From Neoechinorhynchus agilis (Eukaryota; Animalia; Acanthocephala): a stretch of 64,000 nt of DNA. The notes beneath the pieces were generated by a model. It ran no database searches. It worked only from the letters and a program-made list of their open reading frames with translations, and was not told where the DNA came from. Position numbers and translations under genes: made by a program. This document shows, one piece after another, positions 23,150-34,982 of the stretch. The stretch covers positions 71,736 through 135,735 of the forward strand of contig JBMGUZ010000005.1 of NCBI GenBank assembly GCA_051530055.1. Direction: 5' to 3'. How positions within the stretch are numbered: position 1 is the stretch's first letter; every line of letters starts with the position of its first letter.

Positions 23150-24095
23150 CTATTTGTCGATAGGAGAGATAATTGAAATTAAGATTTTTATTGGATATTT
23201 CGATCCACTATCTCGGATCTTCTTCAGCGATCTAAAACACAGGGATTCTCAATTCACGCGTCACATAACATCCGGTGGGAGTCGCATCCTTAATTTGAAA
23301 TCAGATTTATTGCCCTCGAACGTTTCGAACCTATTTATATATAAGGATTCGATGATAATTCGATCGAAACGACAATCGTTGCAAACTAGTGTTGTAGCGG
23401 CACTAAAATCAATAGTGTGCCCTCTGTTTTTTGCATGGGCCACCACTGCGGAACTAATATCCGTCTTGCGAACAACTGATGATTCGTGCTCCTTCATCCG
23501 TCGGGTGAAATTGTTGGTCTGCCCCACATAGACCTGTTCGCAACCGGAGCACGGGATTTTGTAGGCCGCACCAGATGACTGTTGGCCATTCTTGGGACAT
23601 ATCAATCCGTGTAGATTGCGTTCCACTCTCCTGGCCTCACATCCTGATTTTATGATGCGCTCCATAGCAAGATACGAATGATCATCAGGGAATGGCAGTT
23701 CAACGTAGATCTCTTCCTTTTTAGACTTTTCTCCCCATTGAAGGTTCGACAAGATGGAGAGAATAACCATATCGGCCTGATATGTACTTTAGGTAACCAA
23801 TCTCCTCGTTGCACAACTTGGCGTTGCTACAATGTGTAAGAGCACGGTGGATGAGTGACCTAATCCTCGAAATTTTTTGTATTTGCGAGGTTGGGCTGAT
23901 GTCCATGGCACAAGGGCCACTGGTATACCTCTCTTTCGGTACACGCTGGTCGTGTAGTTTCCACTGGCTAATCGGTATATCCACACATCCAGGAACGGAA
24001 ACTTACCATGGTCCTCCTCCTCGATCGTCCACTGAATATTGTCGTCCCTTCCATTCAGTTCATGTTTAAGGCGATTCATATTAGTCTCTGAAAAA
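23150..24095 (-). mobile_element. Penelope-like element 2, 5'-truncated
   Basis: NIQWTIEEEDHGKFPFLDV...TTSVYRK, then GIY-YIG (AAYKIPCSGCEQVYVGQTNNFTRRMKEH). Confidence 0.9.
23186..23236 (-). ncRNA. Minimal type I hammerhead ribozyme core in PLE2 3' region
   Basis: CTGAAGA-A-GATCC-gagatagt-GGATC-GAAA-TA-TC; stem III palindrome AUAU; stem I weak. Confidence 0.6.
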
Positions 24096-24629
24096 ATAAC
24101 TGTCGACACAAAGGTGAGGGTTTATTGTTACTCTGAAATCTCCACAAATGCGTATTCTGCCGTTTGATTTGCGGGTGATGACAAGAGGTGCTGCCCAATC
24201 AATCGTGTCTTTATTGAAATCAACTTTCTCTGATACCTTATTGTCCACTTGCCGCTGCAGCTCCTGCTCGACTTGATCCCTCATAGTTAGTGGAATTCGA
24301 CGGCTATTCCAACATTTTGGTATTGCCCCCCCGGAATTAATCTCAATGATACTTCAATGTTTCACGCCGGAGATATCGTCTTTTCGAATACCTTCTGATG
24401 CGCATCCCAGATTTCCTTTAGTCATCCGCATTTTTGCTAGTGATTGCTAAGATATCTATGCGAACATTATGATAACGCACACAATCGGGCCAGGGTATCT
24501 GGAAGGCGTCTACCCATGGCCGTCCGAAAAGACTATGACTACCCTTTTCGACTATCCTCGCTTCCAATAGTTTGCATTCTCCGTAGAACTTAACCGTAAC
24601 CATGTATCCAAGCTGTCCGAAAACTTCTG

Positions 24630-25100
24630 GAGCCATTTATTCTGCAGTTCCACAAATAGTCATCATATTCCCGCTTTGAACATTTAGCGAATCCGAAGTC
24701 GGTTACTTTTACTTAGCCGTTACCTTGGACTAAAATATTCTCAGGCTTGATATCCCTGTGAGCAACCTTAATCTGATGTAAATAATCAAAAACGAGGACA
24801 ATTTGAGCTACGCGAATGTTCATACAAATCTCCGGTTTGTATTAAATTCATCACAATGTACAAATTGCCGTTATACTTATACGATCCCTAGAAATCCACA
24901 AAATTTTAAAGAAATATATTACTCGGCATTGCCTTTTCGTTAACTGTTCGCTTTGTTTGTCTAGTTTGGAAGAGATGGAGTTTTTCAAAAATATTTACGA
25001 CAAAATGATCGTGATTTTTGGTAGTAGCAACAACTTGACCAAGGCAGAAATTAAGAGATGTGAGATACATCAAAGTTGAAGATTTCAGTATCTTCATTAT
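24630..25100 (-). pseudogene. PKA-like kinase pseudogene, copy 2
   Basis: [32 protein letters not shown]; shares the same in-frame TAA with copy 1. Confidence 0.8.
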
Positions 25101-27399
25101 CCCCTGGTACAGTCAAATTCGGTTTATATTTTTTGCTTCGTTAATTGTATTAATTTTCGTTCTCAACCATTGACCTCGAGCTTATGATTTACTGATGGCA
25201 AAGTATAGATTTCGCCCAGCACTCCGAGAACGAGAGAACCATCTTTGTCTTCGATTTCACCCGTTTTGTCGAGCTTTCAGTATGAAATGCTGAGAAATGT
25301 AAGTTTCTTCAGTTTTGAAAGAAGATGAATCATCGCGGCATTAAACTTTTGCTGCCATGATGGAGGCAGATCCCTTCTCAATTTGTAGATTCGATTCGGT
25401 CAATATATTGTTTCTGTGCAGTCGTTCGTAACTTCCAAATTGAATACATTTTATCGAACAAAGTTTAAGGCATCGCTCTCGGCATTCATTTAAGCGTTCT
25501 AAACAGTTCGATTTCTCAATCATTCGGATTCCCCACATTTGCCTGTAGTTTTTGGGCAAACAAGACGTTTATGGTTTTCTGCGTTAATTAGGTAATTGAC
25601 AATCACGTTGCTTGCATGATCATTTATTGTTATAACCTCGCCGTAGAGGTGCTCAAAAATTTGCAGATTTTGTAAACTTTCACATTTATGAATAAATTAC
25701 TTCGAATTTTCGTATTGCGTTTAAGTGATCGCAAAAAATCTCTTAATCCAATTGATTTAGCGAAGGCGTTGTGCACGAGACAATGAGTATCGTCCTTGAT
25801 ATTGAATGACTCCTCCTCACTATAAATAGCCATACAAAACTTAAGGTTTGGCACAAAGAACTTACCCCAACACTGCGATTTCAAGCAAACAAAATTTTGC
25901 GATAATTTCCATCGACATGAACATCCTTCATCAAGGCCTCCATCACTGTTAATCTTTTTAGGAGATTGACTCTGCTTATATGCGTCAGTCCCATGTTTTT
26001 CTGGCTTTCCATACATTTTGCAAGGCAATTAATTTCTCGGGTTCCTACTGTCCTCATAGATAACCTTATTAAACTATTTCCTAGCGAATGTACTAACTCG
26101 TGAAAAGGTAGGGATCACTCGCTTAGATTTTCAATCATTTTTAATTCGGGTCCGGAGCAAATTAAATATTTTGTATCCAAAGTACATTGAGATTTAGTGT
26201 TACTACCGGAAACATTTTTGGCAAATTGTCAAGTCGTAGTCGTCCTGGGATTCACGGTACCACGTAAATGTTACCGAATGCTAAAAAAAATCGCCGTCCT
26301 GATCAACAAGTTAGTATCTCAACATAAATATGGAATTGCATTGGCCGTGAACGTATTATTACGGCGCAAATATTTTATTGTTTTCATGCCTAATTCAGAT
26401 TCAATGAAATGAAGGTGCTCCACTCCCAAGTCTTGTGAAGGGTTCGGCATTAAAAATGTGACCTTTCGTGATAACGTCAGAGTAGGAGATCATTTAATCT
26501 TGAAGCATTTTGAGAAAATGGGTAAAAAGGTACCCACAGCTTCCTTTTTGGATTTTTATATTGTATTATTCTCCTTACGAGTGGTCCTTTTAAAAATTAA
26601 ACTAAACATTCGGCATAAAAGATGCACTTACACTCAAACTTTCACTGCCGCACTGGAACGAGCAATAAAGCTCATTTACTTTGTTAAACCTTCATTTATA
26701 TTGGATTTGAAGGTCTAGAATTCTCATTCGTAGTTTTTCCGAAAATTAATGCGCCTTTCGCATGTTTCAAACACTCGTTGGTTATTGTAAAAATAGGCAA
26801 AAACCCGAGGATGGAATCCATCGTCATTATGATGAAGCTCAATCTCGTGAGTGTGTTAAACTTCCGGTTATTGAGCAGGTAAGCAATATCGATCCTTTCA
26901 TAATTCCGGGAGTACCACCGGGAATAACAGGCTGTTCACCGCCCTTCTCGTCCGTGCTTCTGTAATTACTCCTAATCACCCGCTTACTTTCGAATATGTC
27001 CTTCCAAACAACCACAATCTATTTGTAAATTCACTTTCTAACTTTCGAATAATAAAGGATTCCTTCTCTACAAGTAAGGAAGTCTCAAACATCCCTTCAT
27101 CTCCTATGATTAAAGTAACATTCATTCCCCCGAATATAGCCTGGGATAAGGCAGCACTCGACATTGTAAATAACAACTCACTAAGCTCTCTGCCGCATAA
27201 AAATGTGGACTCCCTTTTAACGAAAACATAGTCCCAAAAGATGCAATTGATATTCTTAGCGTAACCACTCAAGAAGGCTCTGATCCAGCCTCGTCAAAAT
27301 GGCATCTCTCCCCACACTCAACATTCGACGAATCTCTTTTGATAAAAAAAGAGTAAACCTTCATAAAAATGAATAATTTCCCAACCAATAGTAATCTAG

Positions 27400-27960
27400 A
27401 TTTTTCATTTGTCACTTACAATGCATTTCGTCCCAATCGCTCCCCAGACTCCTTTTGCCCTTTTTCGCATTCTCAAATCCTGATCATTTATTTTTTCAAG
27501 AGACTGGGTCATGTTTACTAGTTAATACAAGTAAATATGATTCCTTGCTCTTAAATTTTAGTTCATCACCCAATGGAAACCGCTTGGATTTCTCAAGAGG
27601 GTTACAATCCGTTCTAGGCAAAAATCGTGAGGTTAAATTACTCTTTCAAACAAAAACTCCAAAATTTGCCAACTTCTCCAATTCGCTTACATTAACCCAC
27701 GCAAGGTCTCTTTTTTATTAAAACCCAGATGATAACCCCCTTTTTGGGACACGGATATAATTATTGCAGACTTTAATAGCAAATATCTCAGGACTTTTTA
27801 ACAACCATTTTCTACACCAACCAAAATTCCCATCCTTTCATAATTATACTTACTATTTAGACGGATTTTTCCTAAAGAAAGTTTTACCCATGATCTGTTT
27901 CTCATATAATGGTATAAAGATCAGGGATAAAATCAATTTAAACGGAACATATATTAATCT
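27400..27960 (+). mobile_element. Decayed LINE APE endonuclease fragment
   Basis: IIIADFNSK and FPSFHNYTYYLDGFFL motifs in different frames. Confidence 0.5.
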
Positions 27961-28229
27961 CTTCATCTATCTCATATCAAAAACTCGGTCATCATCTTCG
28001 AAGGTCTCCTGAGAAGTTTTCAATAAAATATTAATTGACGCCTCTTCTAGTCATCTCATCACAAAATCTTTTATACCAAGGAAGTTTGCGTCAAAGCAAG
28101 CCAATATGTTCTGTAGATCAGCGGCTGTGGCCGATCTGAATAACGAACACAGGTTGCGCCGGAGCTTACCGATGAGGATTTTACTATCATTTCCGATGAA
28201 TACAGTTTCCAGCCAATTATATATTTTGC

Positions 28230-31205
28230 TCTTTATACTCTTTGAATATCGATTCGGACCACACACATATAGATAGCGTGTGCTAGTTGGAAGACGGACT
28301 TCGAATAATAAACAAGTTGTTGTTGTATGGCTACCACAACTGGCGACGAGAGTGGTTTATTAAGAACAAACCACAACTGGCGACGAGAGTGGTTTATTAA
28401 GAACAATTCTCCAATAACAGCAACAATTATTAGAACAGTTGCTTCCGGACGTAAGCAAGTTTGAGCTACGCCTTAAGCTTGAGTATACGCTGTAAGAATA
28501 TAGTCAATCTAAAGTAAGCAGTATCCTAACCAATTTAAGCAACTTGTCCACTCTACTTAATGATAATGTAATTTATATCATGTAAGTGAATAGAACTGAA
28601 TATTGTAAAATATGGTCAAATAAATGAGTCTCTAGCCAATTCGAACACGACTGCCAGGAAGGATAATGTGCGAGCAACGGGATTCCGGCGCTTTCTTGAG
28701 GAAAAAGAAAGCCGGCGAAGCTACAAACAACAAATCGGGTTCCACTTTGCTGCTCAAAATGTCACCGATCGACTAATGATGAGAAACATGTTCCTATCAT
28801 GGATTGGGCCCTCGGCATACCAACTACTGTCAAGTCTAAATACGGGAAAAGATGTCAACAATTATGATTACCATGAATTAATAGAATTGCTGGATACCCA
28901 TCACTCACGCCCAATCCATATCGTCGCTGCGCGTTTCGCATTTAGTCAATACGAAATGAAAAATGGTCAATCTTATGCATCATGGATTGTAGACCTACGA
29001 GAAGAAGCTGGATTGTGTCAATTTTTCAATAAATCCATCAATTCGGAAAAAGATGCGATCGATGACCGGATCAGAGACCAGATAGCGATTGGAACGCCAC
29101 ACGATGAGGTGAGGAACAAAATTTTGCAAATGGCAGCACCTTCTTTGAGCGGCGTGATGAAGATTTGTGAAACGTTTGAAATGATAAAGAATACGTCGTG
29201 GAGGAAGCAGTATGTAGGTCAAGAACTTCCGAATGATTCGTACACAGCAAAATATATGCAAGACGGAAAGTTTTTTGAAATTGACATGATTCGAAAACGG
29301 CATAATACACGTGATCAGAGGGAGAAAAGACCTAAACAACGCTGTAAAAGATGTGGAATAGAGCACGAAATATCAGTGTCCAGCAAAGAACAAGAGTTGT
29401 TTCAAACGCTAAAGGACGGGTCATTTCAGATCGTGTTGCCGATCAAGGTACCCAGTAGATCAAATTGAAGAACTAAATACGATAATGGATGTAAACCACA
29501 CAACGATAGTGGAGAATCAGATTCCAAGAATAAATGTCCAAATAAATGGGATACAAATAACGATGGAGTATGATACTGGTGCCAGTGTATCGGTGTTGAC
29601 TATGACATATTGGCGTAGAATAGGCCAGCCAACTTTGAATGCTGCCAAACCCCTCAAGGCGTATGGTGGCAAACGGTTAGTAACCCTGGGAAAATGCAAT
29701 ATCAATGCGAGTTTGGGAGAAAGACAAAAGCAGTTAGAAGTCATGGTGGTACGAAACGGGAAGTATAGTCTATTTGGGCGTCCTTGGATAGACGTTTTCG
29801 AAGTTCCTTGGCCTGATGTCGTATGCCACAGGCTTGATAGCCAGCAAACAGAATCAGATATCGATTCGGTCGTTACCTCAATCGATCAGCTACTATTGAA
29901 GAATAAGTCGATTTTCGATGAATCGAATACTCCTGTCAATAATACCGAAATATCACTAGCAATAGCACCCAATGCCACACCGAGAAGATGTGCAAGTCGA
30001 AGAATTCCACTGACATTGAAGAACAAAGTAGAAAACGAGTTGATAAGGCAGTTAGAATGAGATGTGCTGGAGAAAGTGGATCTACGTAAAGACTCTATCG
30101 ATTGGGCTGCGCCGATTGTGATTGCAAGGAAACCAGTGGTGATATCAGGATATGCGGAGACTTTAGAGTAACAATTAATCCACATCTAACAATCGATAAC
30201 TACGCCATTCCTACATGGGAAGAGATCGTCAACCAAATAGCGGGAGGTGAGTAGTATTCAAGGCTCGATTTGAAAGATGCTTATCTACAACTACCTGCCA
30301 ACGCGGACTCTAGGAAATACTTGACAATCTCGACCCATCGAGGATTTTTCCGATACAAACGACTGCCATTTGGAATCAGCTCAGCTCCGGCAGTTTTTCA
30401 ACTTAGTGAGTGGTTGGCCCCTCCGGAACTACATAAATATTCGTCTCGCAGACAAGAGCTTTCAGTAGAGGACGGAGTCATCCTATGGTTGCAACGCCTT
30501 ATAATCGCCCAGGCATTGAGGAATAAAGCACTTGATGTCTTACATACTGGACACCCCGGGATAACAACAATGAAAGACCTAGCAAGGTATTATTGTTGGT
30601 GGCCATCCGTACGAGAGGACATCGAGCACAAGTTGGGAACGTGCGTGAACTGGCAGAGCAGGAGAGCAGATGCAGCAGAAACTCCGATGTACCAATGGGA
30701 TGTGCCAGAGGAACCGTGGACCCAAATCCATTTGGATTTTGCGGGATCAATCAATGGACAATCGTTTCTAGTGCTTATAGACACGTATAGCCACTGGCCG
30801 GAGATTTTTCCAATACACTCAACATCTGCATTCGAAACCATCGACAAATTAAGATCCGTTTTTGCACGATTCGGTGTCCCAGCCGAAATCATATCTGACA
30901 ATGGCCCACCCTTTCAGTCCGCGCAATTTAAACAGCTTTGTTCAACAAATCGGATAAGGCATATCCGTTCATCTCCCTACCATCCTCAAACCAACGGTTT
31001 GGTAGAGAGATTCATCAGAACCTTCAAGAGACGAGTACACATCAAAAACGACTGGTATAAAAATATGCTCTCAATTCACCAATTTCTTTTAACTTACCGG
31101 AATACACCACACAAAACTAGCCAAAAAGCACCAGCTGAGACATTACTTGGACGGCGGTTGAAGACCGTATTTGATCGTATACGTCCGAATTTACGATCGA
31201 CTATA
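28230..31205 (+). mobile_element. Ty3/gypsy LTR retrotransposon: LTR end, PBS, gag, protease, partial RT, integrase; internally deleted and 3'-truncated
   Basis: gag with DRIRDQI and CCHC; MEYDTGASVS; LKDAYLQLP...PFGISSAPAVFQ joined directly to the pre-integrase region; integrase H-H-C-C, HLDFAG, SDNGPPF, QTNGLVERF. Cut at ~31205 by the module repeat. Confidence 0.92.
28334..28406 (+). promoter_or_regulatory. Primer-binding site TGGCGACGAG, tandemly duplicated within a 37-bp direct repeat
   Basis: Follows AATAAA and ...TACCACA (LTR end). Complementary to the 3' end of eukaryotic tRNA-Ser(GCU) (...CTCGTCGCCA). Confidence 0.7.
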
Positions 31206-34200
31206 AGCTTTTAGACATATTAGAATATTTCACAACGGAACACCAAAGCTTGAAAGGCTGTTTCTACGATCGTTGGACAGCATTTTATTAAAAACGATAA
31301 AGACTTCTTATTCGAAGAATGAAATGATGGATGAGCAATAGAAAGCTCAGGAAAATATTATTGCTACCATCAAAATTCGAATTCGGTGCCCTAAAGTGTT
31401 GAATGGAGGCTTCGAGCATCTTCGTATCCGAATTTTATGGCAATACTTTAAGTGATTTAATGATCAAGAATTACCAAACGATCCGGTCATCTTTAAAAAA
31501 TAATTTATATGAAACATTTTTCTTACAAAATGTAAATAGTTTTTATTCGACGTTTTTTAGGTTGACTATGGTATAAAATATTGAAAATATTACAATATTG
31601 TTTGTGTAACTTTAAAAGACTGTAAAAATTATACGATCACAATTATAGTTGCAAATGATTAAAAGGTATCAAATGATAAATTAAGATGTAGAACAAAGTA
31701 ATTCTAATTTACAGCTTTGTCGTGCTTTGAGAACGGCGTTACCTCTGCATAACAAAACGTGCCGGAAGGTCAAGTAATTCAAAAATTAAATTTTTGTAGA
31801 ACCGATGGAAAATCTTGTGTCCCCTTATCAAAGATATTGCAATTATTTTTTTTTGAAGTTTGGTCAGCCGGTAACTTTTATTCAGTTTCTATGTTGGGCC
31901 TTTTTACGGTTTATATCGGTGGGCTGCGCGCCCAAGGAAAATTATCAGTCGTGAAAAGGGCTACACATAGATATTTTATTTTATATTTGAGCCCTGATTT
32001 TGATCACGACTGTTTAAAACGAAACTCAAATCAACAGATGAATTAATTTACTTTTTAAAATATTTTCAATTTTCCATGGTATTTATCATAAGCACTTACT
32101 TTGAATAACTACAGTCGTAGAGATCAATAAATCGTTGTTTTACAATCTTGTTTTACTTTAATCGATTAGAAAATAGTTTTACGCAACCAATTTAATTTGA
32201 CAAAATAGAATTTCCAAATCTGACGTTTGATTTGAAGAATGCTTGCCTTCATTGGATCTTATATGAAGCAGAATTGCAGATAAATATAAATCCATATTGC
32301 ATCTTTGTTCAGGGAATAAACCGACTGATCGCTCAAAACGGTTATGGGTATCGGGAAATCGAGAAGTTTCAACGACCAACAGAATCAGCTGGTGGAAGTT
32401 CGAGAAAGAGGGAAATGAATAGTGATGCCTTAACGGTCCTCAGGATCCCGTTCGTTAGAGCAAAATCCAAGAGTGGCATCAGGAGGCTCAAAAAGAGACA
32501 GGTTTTGAGATTCGATCAGCTCACAGGAGCCCTCCGGTATTACTCCGTATTCTAACAAGGAATACGGACAACTCAAAAAGCATCCGGCAAGCAATGTCCA
32601 AGGACGATTGACGCCAAAAATGCCACTTTGCACGAGGAGTAATGCCAACTATTAGACTAAATGTGTTCAGTGCGCACAAGAACAGATTCGAGTCGTCTAC
32701 ATTGGGAAGATGGACGTATTTGTGAACAGTTTCGTAATGCTTTACCTAAAGAATGCCACTTCCTTTTCAGTTGGTTTCGCTGCTCAGTACCTTCAAGATG
32801 CATTAACCCGCTTGGTCGATCGACAGTGAGAGTGAGGGCTCAAATTCTAGATCAGATATCCATGGGACACGATCTTATTTTATTTGAATTTGGACAGTTC
32901 GATTTAAAGACTAAAGTGGTTTTCAATGACAAGACTATCATTAATTTCAAACCATCAAATAAAATCTAATCTGTATAAAATTAACTGAAATGAATAATAT
33001 TATGTCCAAGGCCCCCAATGATAACTTGGTCACCTTTTCATGTCTAAGGAAACAGAGACCCTCCAAATTAACAAATTTTCGTATGAGGTTATCAATAATC
33101 AGTGAATTGCAAGGAAACATGACCTTAAGTAAATTTTAAAAAGCAGAATTTTACAAATATCTTGCAAATGAAAATCTAGAAAGAGATGTCGACAAAGATG
33201 GGTGGGTTCCAAGATGTTGGGTTAATTCGTCGTTCTCAACCCCCAAGAAATTACGCTATTGATCTCAGAATGGCGTGAGAACCTTCCTCCTGACTATTGG
33301 CAAACGAAACCGTGTCGCCCGAAAGCATCAACCAAAGACCCACATCGAAAGCGATGGGGCGTGCATATGGGGACACCAAGTCTTAAGGAAACTGCGATCC
33401 TCGTTACCTCATCAGTGAGAAGAGTTCCCATGGATGCCAGAGGAACAGCCTCCAAACACGCCCCCGATTTTCGTGTCGAAATTGCCGACAATCTAGCCCG
33501 GACGACCCCATCGCGAAAACCTGAAAGTAGAGAGCTGTGAGTTCTCGCGGCGAAAGGCCTTTCCCAGATCAACTGTCTGAGGCCATTTACGGGAACATTG
33601 TTAGTTCCTGCATGCTGGTACTATTCTTCAACTGCCACCACAAATTCTTGGTCAAGACAAAACTTTTCCCTTAGAATTTTCTTCGCCAAGAAAGGCATGA
33701 CACAGGCAATGAAGATTGTCGCCACGCCTCATCTGAGAGCTGTACATTTAAAATACGCTAGAGACAAGCCCTCACCTTGTCGTCGAGCTCGGCCAATCCT
33801 TCTTTATGTTTGAAGATTGTTGCCAATAACAATTTCGGGGTAAAGAGTGCGTTCAATATCAGAAATAATGCTTCGTGAGCCGAGAGAGCGCTGACCCTAT
33901 CGCACAGCAACGAAAGTTTCGGTATGATGCGGCTGATCTCAGCTTCCACATTTGAATCAAAGACGCAACTACCCAGGAGGCTGAGTTGCTCTGGAGTCTG
34001 AGCTCTATGTCCATTCTCGAGGACGAAACCCTTGCTTCGTTGGTCCTTTACGAACCTCGCGAAATTTCATTTCGAAATTGTGAAATATCTTTTCGAAGGA
34101 GTCAAAGACACTTCAGAATCATCACTGGTGCAAAGAACTGAGCGCGGGAATGCGAAGAGCCGTGTCCATGATGGCGCACAGTTATTTTGGAGGCAATCGT

Positions 34201-34982
34201 TAAGGAATCCCGTAAATGTAATGGCGACCTGATGTCGTGCGCCCCTTGGGATCCATTTCAGGACGTTCCTGAGCAGAACCCGCACTATATCAGATATCTA
34301 AATAGAGTCAGTTGTGATCTGAGAGGTCCCAGGGATTGTGGTGGAGAACCAGACCCGCCACAGCGGAGATCCCGGGGACCATGAACAAACAAAACCCTAA
34401 AATATGTTAATTTAAAGACTTATCGCAAACCGGGCACACACCAATAGAGACGCGTATGAGCTCGGCAGCGTTGGTCTTCTCGGGTACGTTGACCTTGTCG
34501 AGTACATTCGTGGCTTTCAAACATATTGATGAGCCGTTATCGAAAATCTTATCCCTTGATCTCCACCATTGAACAATATCAGAGGCTTAAAGATCATGGC
34601 GTCTTGGTTTGACAGGCAAGGAAACTGTTTATAATGCTGGTAAGCATTCTTCAGAATGAAAGTCACAAAGAGTTTTGACCACGTTGTTGAGGCCCGAGGT
34701 TTTAATCCACGATATAGCTGCTTGCTGCGAAGGTACGAATTTTTTCTTGGAGACAACGCGATACCATTGAGAAGAGTATGGAAGGAGTGATTTGATCCTA
34801 CCTTTATCCTTGTTCAGTTGGAAACGAGCTCTACAAGGCCAGTGTAATGCTGACCAGAATTTAATTCCTCCCGTAAAGGGAAAGAGCACGCGGGGTTTCA
34901 TCGAAGCAAATAATTTGCCTAACTATAGTTAGGAGTCTACACCCGGTAAATGAGTATTTATTAAAGACGTTTCGAAGCTCGT
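31205..34982. repeat. Rearranged module copy: segments B-J-E-F-CRE1-ORF1 start
   Basis: Each segment matches copies elsewhere in the window. Confidence 0.9.
33180..34600 (-). mobile_element. CRE family 1, copy 2 (internally deleted)
   Basis: Shares the 3' truncation and an internal deletion (ttttcttcgccaagaaagg junction) with copy 1. Confidence 0.85.

Larger units (their letters stand above)
22950..24640 (-). mobile_element. Ty3/gypsy pol fragment (protease end to RT N-terminus), split by Penelope-like element 2
   Basis: SLFGRPWVDAF and DWAAPLV...RICGDFRVTINPHL lie right of the insert; DLKDAYLQLP...GFFRYTRLLFSISSAPAIF lies left of it. Confidence 0.85.

Noticed and set aside
25341-26965. Several 70-130 aa ORFs as a host gene
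   Set aside because: No recognisable domain and no consistent splice model.
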